DNA from: Azolla caroliniana
Taxonomy: Eukaryota; Plantae; Polypodiophyta
Assembly (NCBI GenBank): GCA_043228905.1
Contig: JBHGNT010000056.1
Span: 103,856 to 167,855, forward strand
DNA length: 64,000 nt
Direction: 5' to 3'
Shown here piece after piece: positions 14,421-29,280 of this stretch (the first letter of the stretch is position 1; every line of letters starts with the position of its first letter). The notes under the pieces were generated by a model. That model saw only the letters and a program-made list of their open reading frames with translations, was not told the DNA's origin and ran no database searches. The position numbers and the translations under genes were made by a program.

Positions 14421-17010
14421 TTAAGTCAATATCATAGCTAGCCTTGTTAGTTTCGATTCGCATGTTTGAACACAGAAATCCGATATCACACGAGCCAGGT
14501 ATGACCATTTTAATTTACTCACACGCTCTTCTCAACTCCCTCCTCAAATATGCTAATTTCCTCATGTCTCTCGACCTGAGTTTCAAAATCTCGATTTTTT
14601 AATTCTATATCATAGCTAGCCTTGTTAGCTTCGATTTGCATGTTTGAACACAGAAATCCGATATCACACGAGCCAGGTATGACCATTTTAATTTACTCAC
14701 TCGCTCTTCTCAACTCCCTCCTCAAATATGCTAATTTCTTCATGTCTCTCGACCTGAGTTTCAAAATCTCGATTTTTTAATTCTATATCATAGCTAGCCT
14801 TGTTAGCTTCGATTTGCATGTTTGAACACAGAAATCCGATATCACACGAGCCAGGTATGACCATTTTAATTTACTCACTGGCTCTTCTCAACTCCCTCCT
14901 CAAATATGCTAATTTCCTCATGTCTCTCGACCTGAGTTTCAAAATCTCGATTTTTTAATTCTATATCATAGCTAGCCTTGTTAGTTTCGATTCGCATGTT
15001 TGAACACAGAAATCCGATATCACACGAGCCAGGTTTGACCATTTTAATTTACTCACACGCTCTTCTCAACTCCCTCCTCCAGCATGCTAATTTCCTCATG
15101 TCTTTCGACGTCAGTTTCGAAATCACGATTTTTTAAGTCTATATCATAGCTAGCCTTGTTAGTTTCGATTCGCATGTTTGAACACAGAAATCCGATATCA
15201 CACGAGCCCGGTATGACCATTTTAATTTACTCACACGCTCTTCTCAACTCCCTCCTCAAATATGCTAATTTCTTCATGTCTCTCGACCTGAGTTTCAAAA
15301 TCTCGATTTTTTAATTCTATATCATAGCTAGCCTTGTTAGCTTCGATTTGCATGTTTGAACACAGAAATCCGATATCACACGAGCCAGGTATGACCATTT
15401 TAATTTACTCACTGGCTCTTCTGAACTCCCTCCTCAAATATGCTAATTTCCTCATGTCTCTCGACCTGAGTTTCAAAATCTCGATTTTTTAATTCTATAT
15501 CATAGCTAGCCTTGTTAGTTTCGATTCGCATGTTTGAACACAGAAATCCGATATCACACGAGCCAGGTATGACCATTTTAATTTACTCACTCGCTCTTCT
15601 CAACTCCCTCCTCAAATATGCTAATTTCTTCATGTCTCTCGACCTGAGTTTCAAAATCTCGATTTTTTAATTCTATATCATAGCTAGCCTTGTTAGCTTC
15701 GATTCGCATGTTTGAACACAGAAATCCGATATCACACGAGCCAGGTATGACCATTTTAATTTACTCACACGCTCTTCTCAACTCCCTCCTCAAATATGCT
15801 AATTTCTTCATGTCTCTTGACCTGAGTTTCAAAATCACGATTTTTTAATTCTATATCATAGCTAGCCTTGTTAGTTTCGATTCGCATGTTTGAACACAGA
15901 AATCCGATATCACACGAGCCAGGTATGACCATTTTAATTTACTCACTGGCTCTTCTCAACTCCCTCCTCAAATATGCTAATTTCCTCATGTCTCTCGACC
16001 TGAGATTCAAAATCTCGATTTTTTAATTCTATATCATAGCTAGCCTTGTTAGTTTCGATTCGCATGTTTGAACACAGAAATCCGATATCACACGAGCCAG
16101 GTATGACCATTTTAATTTACTCACTCGCTCTTCTCAACTCCCTCCTCAAATATGCTAATTTCCTCATGTCTCTCGACCTGAGTTTCAAAATCACGATTTT
16201 TTAATTCTATATCATAGCTAGCCTTGTTAGTTTCGATTCGGATGTTTGAACACAGAAATCCGATATCACACGAGCCAGGTATGACCATTTTAATTTACTC
16301 AGTCGCTCTTCTCAACTCCCTCCTCCAGCATGCTAATTTCCTCATGTCTTTCGACGTCAGTTTCGAAATCTCGATTTTTTAAGTCAATATCATAGCTAGC
16401 CTTGTTAGTTTCGATTCGCATGTTTGAACACAGAAATCCGATATCACACGAGCCAGGTATGACCATTTTAATTTACTCACACGCTCTTCTCAACTCCCTC
16501 CTCAAATATGCTAATTTCCTCATGTCTCTCGACCTGAGTTTCAAAATCTCGATTTTTTAATTCTATATCATAGCTAGCCTTGTTAGCTTCGATTTGCATG
16601 TTTGAACACAGAAATCCGATATCACACGAGCCAGGTATGACCATTTTAATTTACTCACTCGCTCTTCTCAACTCCCTCCTCAAATATGCTAATTTCTTCA
16701 TGTCTCTCGACCTGAGTTTCAAAATCTCGATTTTTTAATTCTATATCATAGCTAGCCTTGTTAGCTTCGATTTGCATGTTTGAACACAGAAATCCGATAT
16801 CACACGAGCCAGGTATGACCATTTTAATTTACTCACTGGCTCTTCTCAACTCCCTCCTCAAATATGCTAATTTCCTCATGTCTCTCGACCTGAGTTTCAA
16901 AATCTCGATTTTTTAATTCTATATCATAGCTAGCCTTGTTAGTTTCGATTCGCATGTTTGAACACAGAAATCCGATATCACACGAGCCAGGTTTGACCAT
17001 TTTAATTTAC
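13080..17010. repeat. Tandem duplication, period 11 monomers (1958 bp)
   Basis: GAGCCCGG (13251/15209), GAGATTC (14047/16005), AAGTCAATAT (14428/16386) and AGGTTTGACC (15035/16993) recur at +1958. Confidence 0.9.
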
Positions 17011-17699
17011 TCACTGGCTCTTCTCAACTCCCTCCTCAAATATGCTAATTTCCTGATGTCTCTCGACCTGAGTTTCAAAATCACGATTTTTTAATTCTAT
17101 ATCATACCTAGCCTTGTTAGTTTCGATTCGCATGTTTGAACACAGAAATCCGATATCACACGAGCCAGGTATGACCATTTTAATTTACTCACACGCTCTT
17201 CTCAACTCCCTCCTCAAATATGCTAATTTCTTCATGTCTCTCGACCTGAGTTTCAAAATCTCGATTTTTTAATTCTATATCATAGCTAGCCTTGTTAGCT
17301 TCGATTTGCATGTTTGAACACAGAAATCCTATATCACACGAGCCAGGTTTGACCATTTTAATTTACTCACTGGCTCTTCTCAACTCCCTCCTCAAATATG
17401 CTAATTTCCTCATGTCTCTCGACCTGAGTTTCAAAATCACGATTTTTTAATTCTATATCATAGCTAGCCTTGTTAGTTTCGATTCGCATGTTTGAACACA
17501 GAAATCCGATATCACACGAGCCAGGTATGACCATTTTAATTTACTCACACGCTCTTCTCAACTCCCTCCTCAAATATGCTAATTTCTTCATGTCTCTCGA
17601 CCTGAGTTTCAAAATCTCGATTTTTTAATTCTATATCATAGCTAGCCTTGTTAGCTTCGATTCGCATGTTTGAACACAGAAATCCGATATCACACGAGC

Positions 17700-20600
17700 C
17701 AGGTATGACCATTTTAATTTACTCACACGCTCTTCTCAACTCCCTCCTCAAATATGCTAATTTCTTCATGTCTCTCGACCTGAGTTTCAAAATCTCGATT
17801 TTTTAATTCTATATCATAGCTAGCCTTGTTAGCTTCGATTTGCATGTTTGAACACAGAAATCCGATATCACACGAGCCAGGTTTGACCATTTTAATTTAC
17901 TCACTGGCTCTTCTCAACTCCCTCCTCAAATATGCTAATTTCCTCATGTCTCTCGACCTGAGTTTCAAAATCACGATTTTTTAATTCTATATCATAGCTA
18001 GCCTTGTTAGTTTCGATTCGCATGTTTGAACACAGAAATCCGATATCACACGAGCCAGGTATGACCATTTTAATTTACTCACACGCTCTTCTCAACTCCC
18101 TCCTCAAATATGCTAATTTCTTCATGTCTCTCGACCTGAGTTTCAAAATCTCGATTTTTTAATTCTATATCATAGCTAGCCTTGTTAGCTTCGATTCGCA
18201 TGTTTGAACACAGAAATCCGATATCACACGAGCCAGGTATGACCATTTTAATTTACTCACTCGCTCTTCTCAACTCCCTCCTCAAATATGCTAATTTCCT
18301 CATGTCTCTCGACCTGAGTTTCAAAATCACGATTTTTTATTTCTATATCATAGCTAGCCTTGTTAGTTTCGATTCGCATGTTTGAACACAGAAATCCGAT
18401 ATCACACGAGCCAGGTATGACCATTTTAATTTACTCAATCGCTCTTCTCAACTCCCTCCTCCAGCATGCTAATTTCCTCATGTCTCTCGACCTGAGTTTC
18501 GAAATCACGATTTTTTAAGTCTATATCATAGCTAGCCTTGTTAGTTTCGATTCGCATGTTTGAACACAGAAATCCGATATCACACGAGCCAGGTATGACC
18601 ATTTTAATTTACTCACACGCTCTTCTCAACTCCCTCCTCAAATATGCTAATTTCCTCATGTTTCTCGACCTGAGTTTCGAAATCACGATTTTTTAATTCT
18701 ATATCATAGCTAGCCTTGTTAGTTTCGATTCGCATGTTTGAACACAGAAATCCGATATCACACGAGCCAGGTATGACCATTTTAATTTACTCACTCGCTC
18801 TTCTCAACTCCCTCCTCCAGCATGCTAATTTCCTCATGTCTTTCGACGTCAGTTTCGAAATCACGATTTTTTAAGTCTATATCATAGCTAGCCTTGTTAG
18901 TTTCGATTCGCATGTTTGAACACAGAAATCCGATATCACACGAGCCAGGTATGACCATTTTAATTTACTCACACGCTCTTCTCAACTCCCTCCTCAAATA
19001 TGCTAATTTCCTCATGTCTCTCGACCTGAGTTTCAAAATCACGATTTTTTAATTCTATATCATAGCTAGCCTTGTTAGTTTCGATTCGCATGTTTGAACA
19101 CAGAAATCCGATATCACACGAGCCAGGTATGACCATTTTAATTTACTCACTCGCTCTTCTCAACTCCCTCCTCAAATATGCTAATTTCTTCATGTCTCTC
19201 GACCTGAGTTTCAAAATCTTGATTTTTTAATTCTATATCATAGCTAGCCTTGTTAGCTTCGATTCGCATGTTTGAACACAGAAATCCGATATCACACGAG
19301 CCAGGTATGACCATTTTAATTTACTCACACGCTCTCCTCAACTCCCTCCTCAAATATGCTAATTTCTTCATGTCTCTTGACCTGAGTTTCAAAATCTCGA
19401 TTTTTTAATTCTATATCATAGCTAGCCTTGTTAGCTTCGATTTGCATGTTTGAACACAGAAATCCGATATTACACGAGCCAGGTATGACCATTTTAATTT
19501 ACTCACTGGCTCTTCTCAACTCCCTCCTCAAATATGCTAATTTCCTCATGTCTTTCGACGTCAGTTTCGAAATCACGATTTTTTAAGTCTATATCATAGC
19601 TAGCCTTGTTAGTTTCGATTCGCATGTTTGAACACAGAAATCCGATATCACACGAGCCAGGTATGACCATTTTAATTTACTCACACGCTCTTCTCAACTC
19701 CCTCCTCAAATATGCTAATTTCCTCATGTCTCTCGACCTGAGTTTCAAAATCACGATTTTTTAATTCTATATCATAGCTAGCCTTGTTAGTTTCGATTCG
19801 CATGTTTGAACACAGAAATCCGATATCACACGAGCCAGGTATGACCATTTTAATTTACTCACTCGCTCTTCTCAACTCCCTCCTCCAGCATGCTAATTTC
19901 CTCATGTCTTTCGACGTCAGTTTCGAAATCACGATTTTTTAAGTCTATATCATAGCTAGCCTTGTTAGTTTCGATTCGCATGTTTGAACACAGAAATCCG
20001 ATATCACACGAGCCAGGTATGACCATTTTAATTTACTCACACGCTCTTCTCAACTCCCTCCTCAAATATGCTAATTTCTTCATGTCTCTCGACCTGAGTT
20101 TCAAAATCTCGATTTTTTAATTCTATATCATAGCTAGCCTTGTTAGCTTCGATTTGCATGTTTGAACACAGAAATCCGATATCACACGAGCCAGGTTTGA
20201 CCATTTTAATTTACTCACTGGCTCTTCTCAACTCCCTCCTCAAATATGCTAATTTCCTCATGTCTCTCGACCTGAGTTTCAAAATCACGATTTTTTAATT
20301 CTATATCATAGCTAGCCTTGTTAGTTTCGATTCGCATGTTTGAACACAGAAATCCGATATCACACGAGCCAGGTATGACCATTTTAATTTACTCACACGC
20401 TCTTCTCAACTCCCTCCTCAAATATGCTAATTTCTTCATGTCTCTCGACCTGAGTTTCAAAATCTCGATTTTTTAATTCTATATCATAGCTAGCCTTGTT
20501 AGCTTCGATTCGCATGTTTGAACACAGAAATCCGATATCACACGAGCCAGGTATGACCATTTTAATTTACTCACTCGCTCTTCTCAACTCCCTCCTCAAA

Positions 20601-21250
20601 TATGCTAATTTCCTCATGTCTCTCGACCTGAGTTTCAAAATCACGATTTTTTATTTCTATATCATAGCTAGCCTTGTTAGTTTCGATTCGCATGTTTGAA
20701 CACAGAAATCCGATATCACACGAGCCAGGTATGACCATTTTAATTTACTCACTCGCTCTTCTCAACTCCCTCCTCCAGCATGCTAATTTCCTCATGTCTC
20801 TCGACCTGAGTTTCGAAATCACGATTTTTTAAGTCTATATCATAGCTAGCCTTGTTAGTTTCGATTCGCATGTTTGAACACAGAAATCCGATATCACACG
20901 AGCCAGGTATGACCATTTTAATTTACTCACACGCTCTTCTCAACTCCCTCCTCAAATATGCTAATTTCCTCATGTCTCTCGACCTGAGTTTCGAAATCAC
21001 GATTTTTTAATTCTATATCATAGCTAGCCTTGTTAGTTTCGATTCGCATGTTTGAACACAGAAATCCGATATCACACGAGCCAGGTATGACCATTTTAAT
21101 TTACTCAGTCGCTCTTCTCAACTCCCTCCTCCAGCATGCTAATTTCCTCATGTCTTTCGACGTCAGTTTCGAAATCACGATTTTTTAAGTCTATATCATA
21201 GCTAGCCTTGTTAGTTTCGATTCGCATGTTTGAACACAGAAATCCGATAT
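17700..21250. repeat. Duplicated block, offset 13 monomers (2314 bp)
   Basis: AGGTTTGACC (17883/20197) and TTTTTTATTTC (18340/20654) recur at +2314, as do the following chimeric CCAGCATG…CCTGAG…TTCGAA monomers. Confidence 0.8.
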
Positions 21251-24200
21251 CACACGAGCCAGGTATGACCATTTTAATTTACTCACTCGCTCTTCTCAAC
21301 TCCCTCCTCCAGCATGCTAATTTCCTCATGTCTTTCGACGTCAGTTTCGAAATCACGATTTTTTAAGTCTATATCATAGCTAGCCTTGTTAGTTTCGATT
21401 CGCATGTTTGAACACAGAAATCCGATATCACACGAGCCAGGTATGACCATTTTAATTTACTCACACGCTCTTCTCAACTCCCTCCTCAAATATGCTAATT
21501 TCTTCATGTCTCTCGACCTAAGTTTCAAAATCTCGATTTTTTAAGTCTATATCATAGCTAGCCTTGTTAGTTTCGATTCGCATGTTTGAACACAGAAATC
21601 CGATATCACACGAGCCAGGTATGACCATTTTAATTTACTCACTCGCTCTTCTCAACTCCCTCCTCAAATATGCTAATTTCTTCATGTCTCTCGACCTGAG
21701 TTTCAAAATCTTGATTTTTTAATTCTATATCATAGCTAGCCTTGTTAGCTTCGATTCGCATGTTTGAACACAGAAATCCGATATCACACGAGCCAGGTAT
21801 GACCATTTTAATTTACTCACACGCTCTTCTCAACTCCCTCCTCAAATATGCTAATTTCTTCATGTCTGGACCTGAGTTTCAAAATCTCGATTTTTTAATT
21901 CTATATCATAGCTAGCCTTGTTAGCTTCGATTTGCATGTTTGAACACAGAAATCCGATATTACACGAGCCAGGTATGACCATTTTAATTTACTCACTCGC
22001 TCTTCTCAACTCCCTCCTCAAATATGCTAATTTCCTCATGTCTCTCGACCTGAGTTTCAAAATCACGATTTTTTAAGTCTATATCATAGCTAGCCTTGTT
22101 AGTTTCGATTCGCATGTTTGAACACAGAAATCCGATATCACACGAGCCAGGTATGACCATTTTAATTTACTCACACGCTCTTCTCAACTCCCTCCTCAAA
22201 TATGCTAATTTCCTCATGTCTCTCGACCTGAGTTTCAAAATCTCGATTTTTTAATTCTATATCATAGCTAGCCTTGTTAGCTTCGATTCGCATGTTTGAA
22301 CACAGAAATCCGATATCACACGAGCCAGGTATGACCATTTTAATTTACTCACTCGCTCTTCTCAACTCCCTCCTCAAATATGCTAATTTCCTCATGTCTC
22401 TCGACCTGAGTTTCAAAATCACGATTTTTTAATTCTATATCATAGCTAGCCTTGTTAGTTTCGATTCGCATGTTTGAACACAGAAATCCGATATCACACG
22501 AGCCAGGTATGACCATTTTAATTTACTCAATCGCTCTTCTCAACTCCCTCCTCCAGCATGCTAATTTCCTCATGTCTTTCGACGTCAGTTTCGAAATCAC
22601 GATTTTTTAAGTCTATATCATAGCTAGCCTTGTTAGTTTCGATTCGCATGTTTGAACACAGAAATCCGATATCACACGAGCCAGGTATGACCATTTTAAT
22701 TTACTCACTCGCTCTTCTCAACTCCCTCCTCCAGCATGCTAATTTCCTCATGTCTTTCGACGTCAGTTTCGAAATCACGATTTTTTAAGTCTATATCATA
22801 GCTAGCCTTGTTAGCTTCGATTTGCATGTTTGAACACAGAAATCCGATATCACACGAGCCAGGTATGACCATTTTAATTTACTCACTCGCTTTTCTCAAC
22901 TCCCTCCTCAAATATGCTAATTTCCTCATGTCTCTCGACCTGAGTTTCAAAATCACGATTTTTTAATTCTATATCATAGCTAGCCTTGTTAGTTTCGATT
23001 CGCATGTTTGAACACAGAAATCCGATATCACACGAGCCAGGTATGACCATTTTAATTTACTCACTCGCTCTTCTCAACTCCCTCCTCTAGCATGCTAATT
23101 TCCTCATGTCTTTCGACGTCAGTTTCGAAATCACGATTTTTTAAGTCTATATCATAGCTAGCCTTGTTAGCTTCGATTTGCATGTTTGAACACAGAAATC
23201 CGATATCACACGAGCCAGGTATGACCATTTTAATTTACTCACTCGCTCTTCTCAACTCCCTCCTCAAATATGCTAATTTCCTCATGTCTCTCGACCTGAG
23301 TTTCAAAATCACGATTTTTTAATTCTATATCATAGCTAGCCTTGTTAGTTTCGATTCGCATGTTTGAACACAGAAATCCGATATCACACGAGCCAGGTAT
23401 GACCATTTTAATTTACTCACTCGATCTTCTCAACTCCCTCCTCCAGCATGCTAATTTCCTCATGTCTTTCGACGTCAGTTTCGAAATCACGATTTTTTAA
23501 GTCTATATCATAGCTAGCCTTGTTAGTTTCGTTTCGCATGTTTGAACACAGAAATCCGATATCACACGAGCCAGGTATGACCATTTTAATTTACTCACAC
23601 GCTCTTCTCAACTCCCTCCTCAAATATGCTAATTTCCTCATGTCTCTCGACCTGAGTTTCAAAATCTCGATTTTTTAATTCTATATCATAGCTAGCCTTG
23701 TTAGTTTCAATTCGCATGTTTGAACACAGAAATCCGATATCACACGAGCCAGGTATGACCATTTTAATTTACTCACCGGCTCTTCTCAACTCCCTCCTCA
23801 AATATGCTAATTTCCTCATGTCTCTCGACCTGAGTTTCGAAATCACGATTTTTTAATTCTATATCATAGCTAGCCTTGTTAGTTTCGATTCGCATGTTTG
23901 AACACAGAAATCCGATATCACACGAGCCAGGTATGACCATTTTAATTTACTCACACGCTCTTCTCAACTCCCTCCTCCAGCATGCTAATTTCCTCATGTC
24001 TTTCGACGTCAGTTTCGAAATCACGATTTTTTAAGTCTATATCATAGCTAGCCTTGTTAGTTTCGATTCGCATGTTTGAACACAGAAATCCGATATCACA
24101 CGAGCCAGGTATGACCATTTTAATTTACTCACACGCTCTTCTCAACTCCCTTCTCAAATATGCTAATTTCCTCATGTCTCTCGACCTGAGTTTCAAAATC

Positions 24201-27150
24201 TCGATTTTTTAATTCTATATCATAGCTAGCCTTGTTAGTTTCGATTCGCATGTTTGAACACAGAAATCCGATATCACACGAGCCAGGTATGACCATTTTA
24301 ATTTACTCACTCGCTCTTCTCAACTCCCTCCTCCAGCATGCTAATTTCCTCATGTCTTTCGACGTCAGTTTCGAAATCACGATTTTTTAAGTCTATATCA
24401 TAGCTAGCCTTGTTAGTTTCGATTCGCATGTTTGAACACAGAAATCCGATATCACACGAGCCAGGTATGACCATTTTAATTTACTCACTCGCTCTTCTCA
24501 ACTCCCTCCTCCAGCATGCTAATTTCCTCATGTCTTTCGACGTCAGTTTCGAAATCACGATTTTTTAAGTCTATATCATAGCTAGCCTTGTTAGTTTCGA
24601 TTCGCATGTTTGAACACAGAAATCCGATATCACACGAGCCAGGTATGACCATTTTAATTTACTCACACGCTCTTCTCAACTCCCTCCTCAAATATGCTAA
24701 TTTCTTCATGTCTCTCGACCTAAGTTTCAAAATCTCGATTTTTTAAGTCTATATCATAGCTAGCCTTGTTAGTTTCGATTCGCATGTTTGAACACAGAAA
24801 TCCGATATCACACGAGCCAGGTATGACCATTTTAATTTACTCACTCGCTCTTCTCAACTCCCTCCTCAAATATGCTAATTTCTTCATGTCTCTCGACCTG
24901 AGTTTCAAAATCTTGATTTTTTAATTCTATATCATAGCTAGCCTTGTTAGCTTCGATTCGCATGTTTGAACACAGAAATCCGATATCACACGAGCCAGGT
25001 ATGACCATTTTAATTTACTCACACGCTCTTCTCAACTCCCTCCTCAAATATGCTAATTTCTTCATGTCTGGACCTGAGTTTCAAAATCTCGATTTTTTAA
25101 TTCTATATCATAGCTAGCCTTGTTAGCTTCGATTTGCATGTTTGAACACAGAAATCCGATATTACACGAGCCAGGTATGACCATTTTAATTTACTCACTC
25201 GCTCTTCTCAACTCCCTCCTCAAATATGCTAATTTCCTCATGTCTCTCGACCTGAGTTTCAAAATCACGATTTTTTAAGTCTATATCATAGCTAGCCTTG
25301 TTAGTTTCGATTCGCATGTTTGAACACAGAAATCCGATATCACACGAGCCAGGTATGACCATTTTAATTTACTCACACGCTCTTCTCAACTCCCTCCTCA
25401 AATATGCTAATTTCCTCATGTCTCTCGACCTGAGTTTCAAAATCTCGATTTTTTAATTCTATATCATAGCTAGCCTTGTTAGCTTCGATTCGCATGTTTG
25501 AACACAGAAATCCGATATCACACGAGCCAGGTATGACCATTTTAATTTACTCACTCGCTCTTCTCAACTCCCTCCTCAAATATGCTAATTTCCTCATGTC
25601 TCTCGACCTGAGTTTCAAAATCACGATTTTTTAATTCTATATCATAGCTAGCCTTGTTAGTTTCGATTCGCATGTTTGAACACAGAAATCCGATATCACA
25701 CGAGCCAGGTATGACCATTTTAATTTACTCAATCGCTCTTCTCAACTCCCTCCTCCAGCATGCTAATTTCCTCATGTCTTTCGACGTCAGTTTCGAAATC
25801 ACGATTTTTTAAGTCTATATCATAGCTAGCCTTGTTAGTTTCGATTCGCATGTTTGAACACAGAAATCCGATATCACACGAGCCAGGTATGACCATTTTA
25901 ATTTACTCACTCGCTCTTCTCAACTCCCTCCTCCAGCATGCTAATTTCCTCATGTCTTTCGACGTCAGTTTCGAAATCACGATTTTTTAAGTCTATATCA
26001 TAGCTAGCCTTGTTAGCTTCGATTTGCATGTTTGAACACAGAAATCCGATATCACACGAGCCAGGTATGACCATTTTAATTTACTCACTCGCTTTTCTCA
26101 ACTCTCTCCTCAAATATGCTAATTTCCTCATGTCTCTCGACCTGAGTTTCAAAATCACGATTTTTTAATTCTATATCATAGCTAGCCTTGTTAGTTTCGA
26201 TTCGCATGTTTGAACACAGAAATCCGATATCACACGAGCCAGGTATGACCATTTTAATTTACTCACTCGCTCTTCTCAACTCCCTCCTCTAGCATGCTAA
26301 TTTCCTCATGTCTTTCGACGTCAGTTTCGAAATCACGATTTTTTAAGTCTATATCATAGCTAGCCTTGTTAGCTTCGATTTGCATGTTTGAACACAGAAA
26401 TCCGATATCACACGAGCCAGGTATGACCATTTTAATTTACTCACTCGCTCTTCTCAACTCCCTCCTCAAATATGCTAATTTCCTCATGTCTCTCGACCTG
26501 AGTTTCAAAATCACGATTTTTTAATTCTATATCATAGCTAGCCTTGTTAGTTTCGATTCGCATGTTTGAACACAGAAATCCGATATCACACGAGCCAGGT
26601 ATGACCATTTTAATTTACTCACTCGATCTTCTCAACTCCCTCCTCCAGCATGCTAATTTCCTCATGTCTTTCGACGTCAGTTTCGAAATCACGATTTTTT
26701 AAGTCTATATCATAGCTAGCCTTGTTAGTTTCGTTTCGCATGTTTGAACACAGAAATCCGATATCACACGAGCCAGGTATGACCATTTTAATTTACTCAC
26801 ACGCTCTTCTCAACTCCCTCCTCAAATATGCTAATTTCCTCATGTCTCTCGACCTGAGTTTCAAAATCTCGATTTTTTAATTCTATATCATAGCTAGCCT
26901 TGTTAGTTTCAATTCGCATGTTTGAACACAGAAATCCGATATCACACGAGCCAGGTATGACCATTTTAATTTACTCACCGGCTCTTCTCAACTCCCTCCT
27001 CAAATATGCTAATTTCCTCATGTCTCTCGACCTGAGTTTCGAAATCACGATTTTTTAATTCTATATCATAGCTAGCCTTGTTAGTTTCGATTCGCATGTT
27101 TGAACACAGAAATCCGATATCACACGAGCCAGGTATGACCATTTTAATTT
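21150..27150. repeat. Tandem duplication, period 18 monomers minus 2 bp (3202 bp)
   Basis: GACCTAAG (21520/24722), the 2-bp-deleted TGTCTGGACC (21868/25070) and CTCTAGCATG (23088/26290) recur at +3202, as do TCGATCTT, TCGTTTCG and CACCGGC. Confidence 0.92.
21861..21874. other. 2-bp (CT) deletion giving a 176-bp monomer; also at ~25070 and ~27204
   Basis: CATGTCTGGACC versus consensus CATGTCTCTCGACC. The array phase shifts by 2 after each copy. Confidence 0.93.
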
Positions 27151-29280
27151 ACTCACACGCTCTTCTCAACTCCCTCCTCAAATATGCTAATTTCTTCATG
27201 TCTGGACCTGAGTTTCAAAATCTCGATTTTTTAATTCTATATCATAGCTAGCCTTGTTAGCTTCGATTTGCATGTTTGAACACAGAAATCCGATATTACA
27301 CGAGCCAGGTATGACCATTTTAATTTACTCACTCGCTCTTCTCAACTCCCTCCTCAAATATGCTAATTTCCTCATGTCTCTCGACCTGAGTTTCAAAATC
27401 ACGATTTTTTAAGTCTATATCATAGCTAGCCTTGTTAGTTTCGATTCGCATGTTTGAACACAGAAATCCGATATCACACGAGCCAGGTATGACCATTTTA
27501 ATTTACTCACACGCTCTTCTCAACTCCCTCCTCAAATATGCTAATTTCCTCATGTCTCTCGACCTGAGTTTCAAAATCTCGATTTTTTAATTCTATATCA
27601 TAGCTAGCCTTGTTAGCTTCGATTCGCATGTTTGAACACAGAAATCCGATATCACACGAGCCAGGTATGACCATTTTAATTTACTCACTCGCTCTTCTCA
27701 ACTCCCTCCTCAAATATGCTAATTTCCTCATGTCTCTCGACCTGAGTTTCAAAATCACGATTTTTTAATTCTATATCATAGCTAGCCTTGTTAGTTTCGA
27801 TTCGCATGTTTGAACACAGAAATCCGATATCACACGAGCCAGGTATGACCATTTTAATTTACTCAATCGCTCTTCTCAACTCCCTCCTCCAGCATGCTAA
27901 TTTCCTCATGTCTTTCGACGTCAGTTTCGAAATCACGATTTTTTAAGTCTATATCATAGCTAGCCTTGTTAGTTTCGATTCGCATGTTTGAACACAGAAA
28001 TCCGATATCACACGAGCCAGGTATGACCATTTTAATTTACTCACTCGCTCTTCTCAACTCCCTCCTCCAGCATGCTAATTTCCTCATGTCTTTCGACGTC
28101 AGTTTCGAAATCACGATTTTTTAAGTCTATATCATAGCTAGCCTTGTTAGCTTCGATTTGCATGTTTGAACACAGAAATCCGATATCACACGAGCCAGGT
28201 ATGACCATTTTAATTTACTCACTCGCTTTTCTCAACTCTCTCCTCAAATATGCTAATTTCCTCATGTCTCTCGACCTGAGTTTCAAAATCACGATTTTTT
28301 AATTCTATATCATAGCTAGCCTTGTTAGTTTCGATTCGCATGTTTGAACACAGAAATCCGATATCACACGAGCCAGGTATGACCATTTTAATTTACTCAC
28401 TCGCTCTTCTCAACTCCCTCCTCTAGCATGCTAATTTCCTCATGTCTTTCGACGTCAGTTTCGAAATCACGATTTTTTAAGTCTATATCATAGCTAGCCT
28501 TGTTAGCTTCGATTTGCATGTTTGAACACAGAAATCCGATATCACACGAGCCAGGTATGACCATTTTAATTTACTCACTCGCTCTTCTCAACTCCCTCCT
28601 CAAATATGCTAATTTCCTCATGTCTCTCGACCTGAGTTTCAAAATCACGATTTTTTAATTCTATATCATAGCTAGCCTTGTTAGTTTCGATTCGCATGTT
28701 TGAACACAGAAATCCGATATCACACGAGCCAGGTATGACCATTTTAATTTACTCACTCGATCTTCTCAACTCCCTCCTCCAGCATGCTAATTTCCTCATG
28801 TCTTTCGACGTCAGTTTCGAAATCACGATTTTTTAAGTCTATATCATAGCTAGCCTTGTTAGTTTCGTTTCGCATGTTTGAACACAGAAATCCGATATCA
28901 CACGAGCCAGGTATGACCATTTTAATTTACTCACACGCTCTTCTCAACTCCCTCCTCAAATATGCTAATTTCCTCATGTCTCTCGACCTGAGTTTCAAAA
29001 TCTCGATTTTTTAATTCTATATCATAGCTAGCCTTGTTAGTTTCAATTCGCATGTTTGAACACAGAAATCCGATATCACACGAGCCAGGTATGACCATTT
29101 TAATTTACTCACCGGCTCTTCTCAACTCCCTCCTCAAATATGCTAATTTCCTCATGTCTCTCGACCTGAGTTTCGAAATCACGATTTTTTAATTCTATAT
29201 CATAGCTAGCCTTGTTAGTTTCGATTCGCATGTTTGAACACAGAAATCCGATATCACACGAGCCAGGTATGACCATTTTA
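24960..29280. repeat. Tandem duplication, period 12 monomers minus 2 bp (2134 bp)
   Basis: TGTCTGGACC (25070/27204), ACTCTCTCC (26105/28239) and CTCTAGCATG (26290/28424) recur at +2134. Confidence 0.92.
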
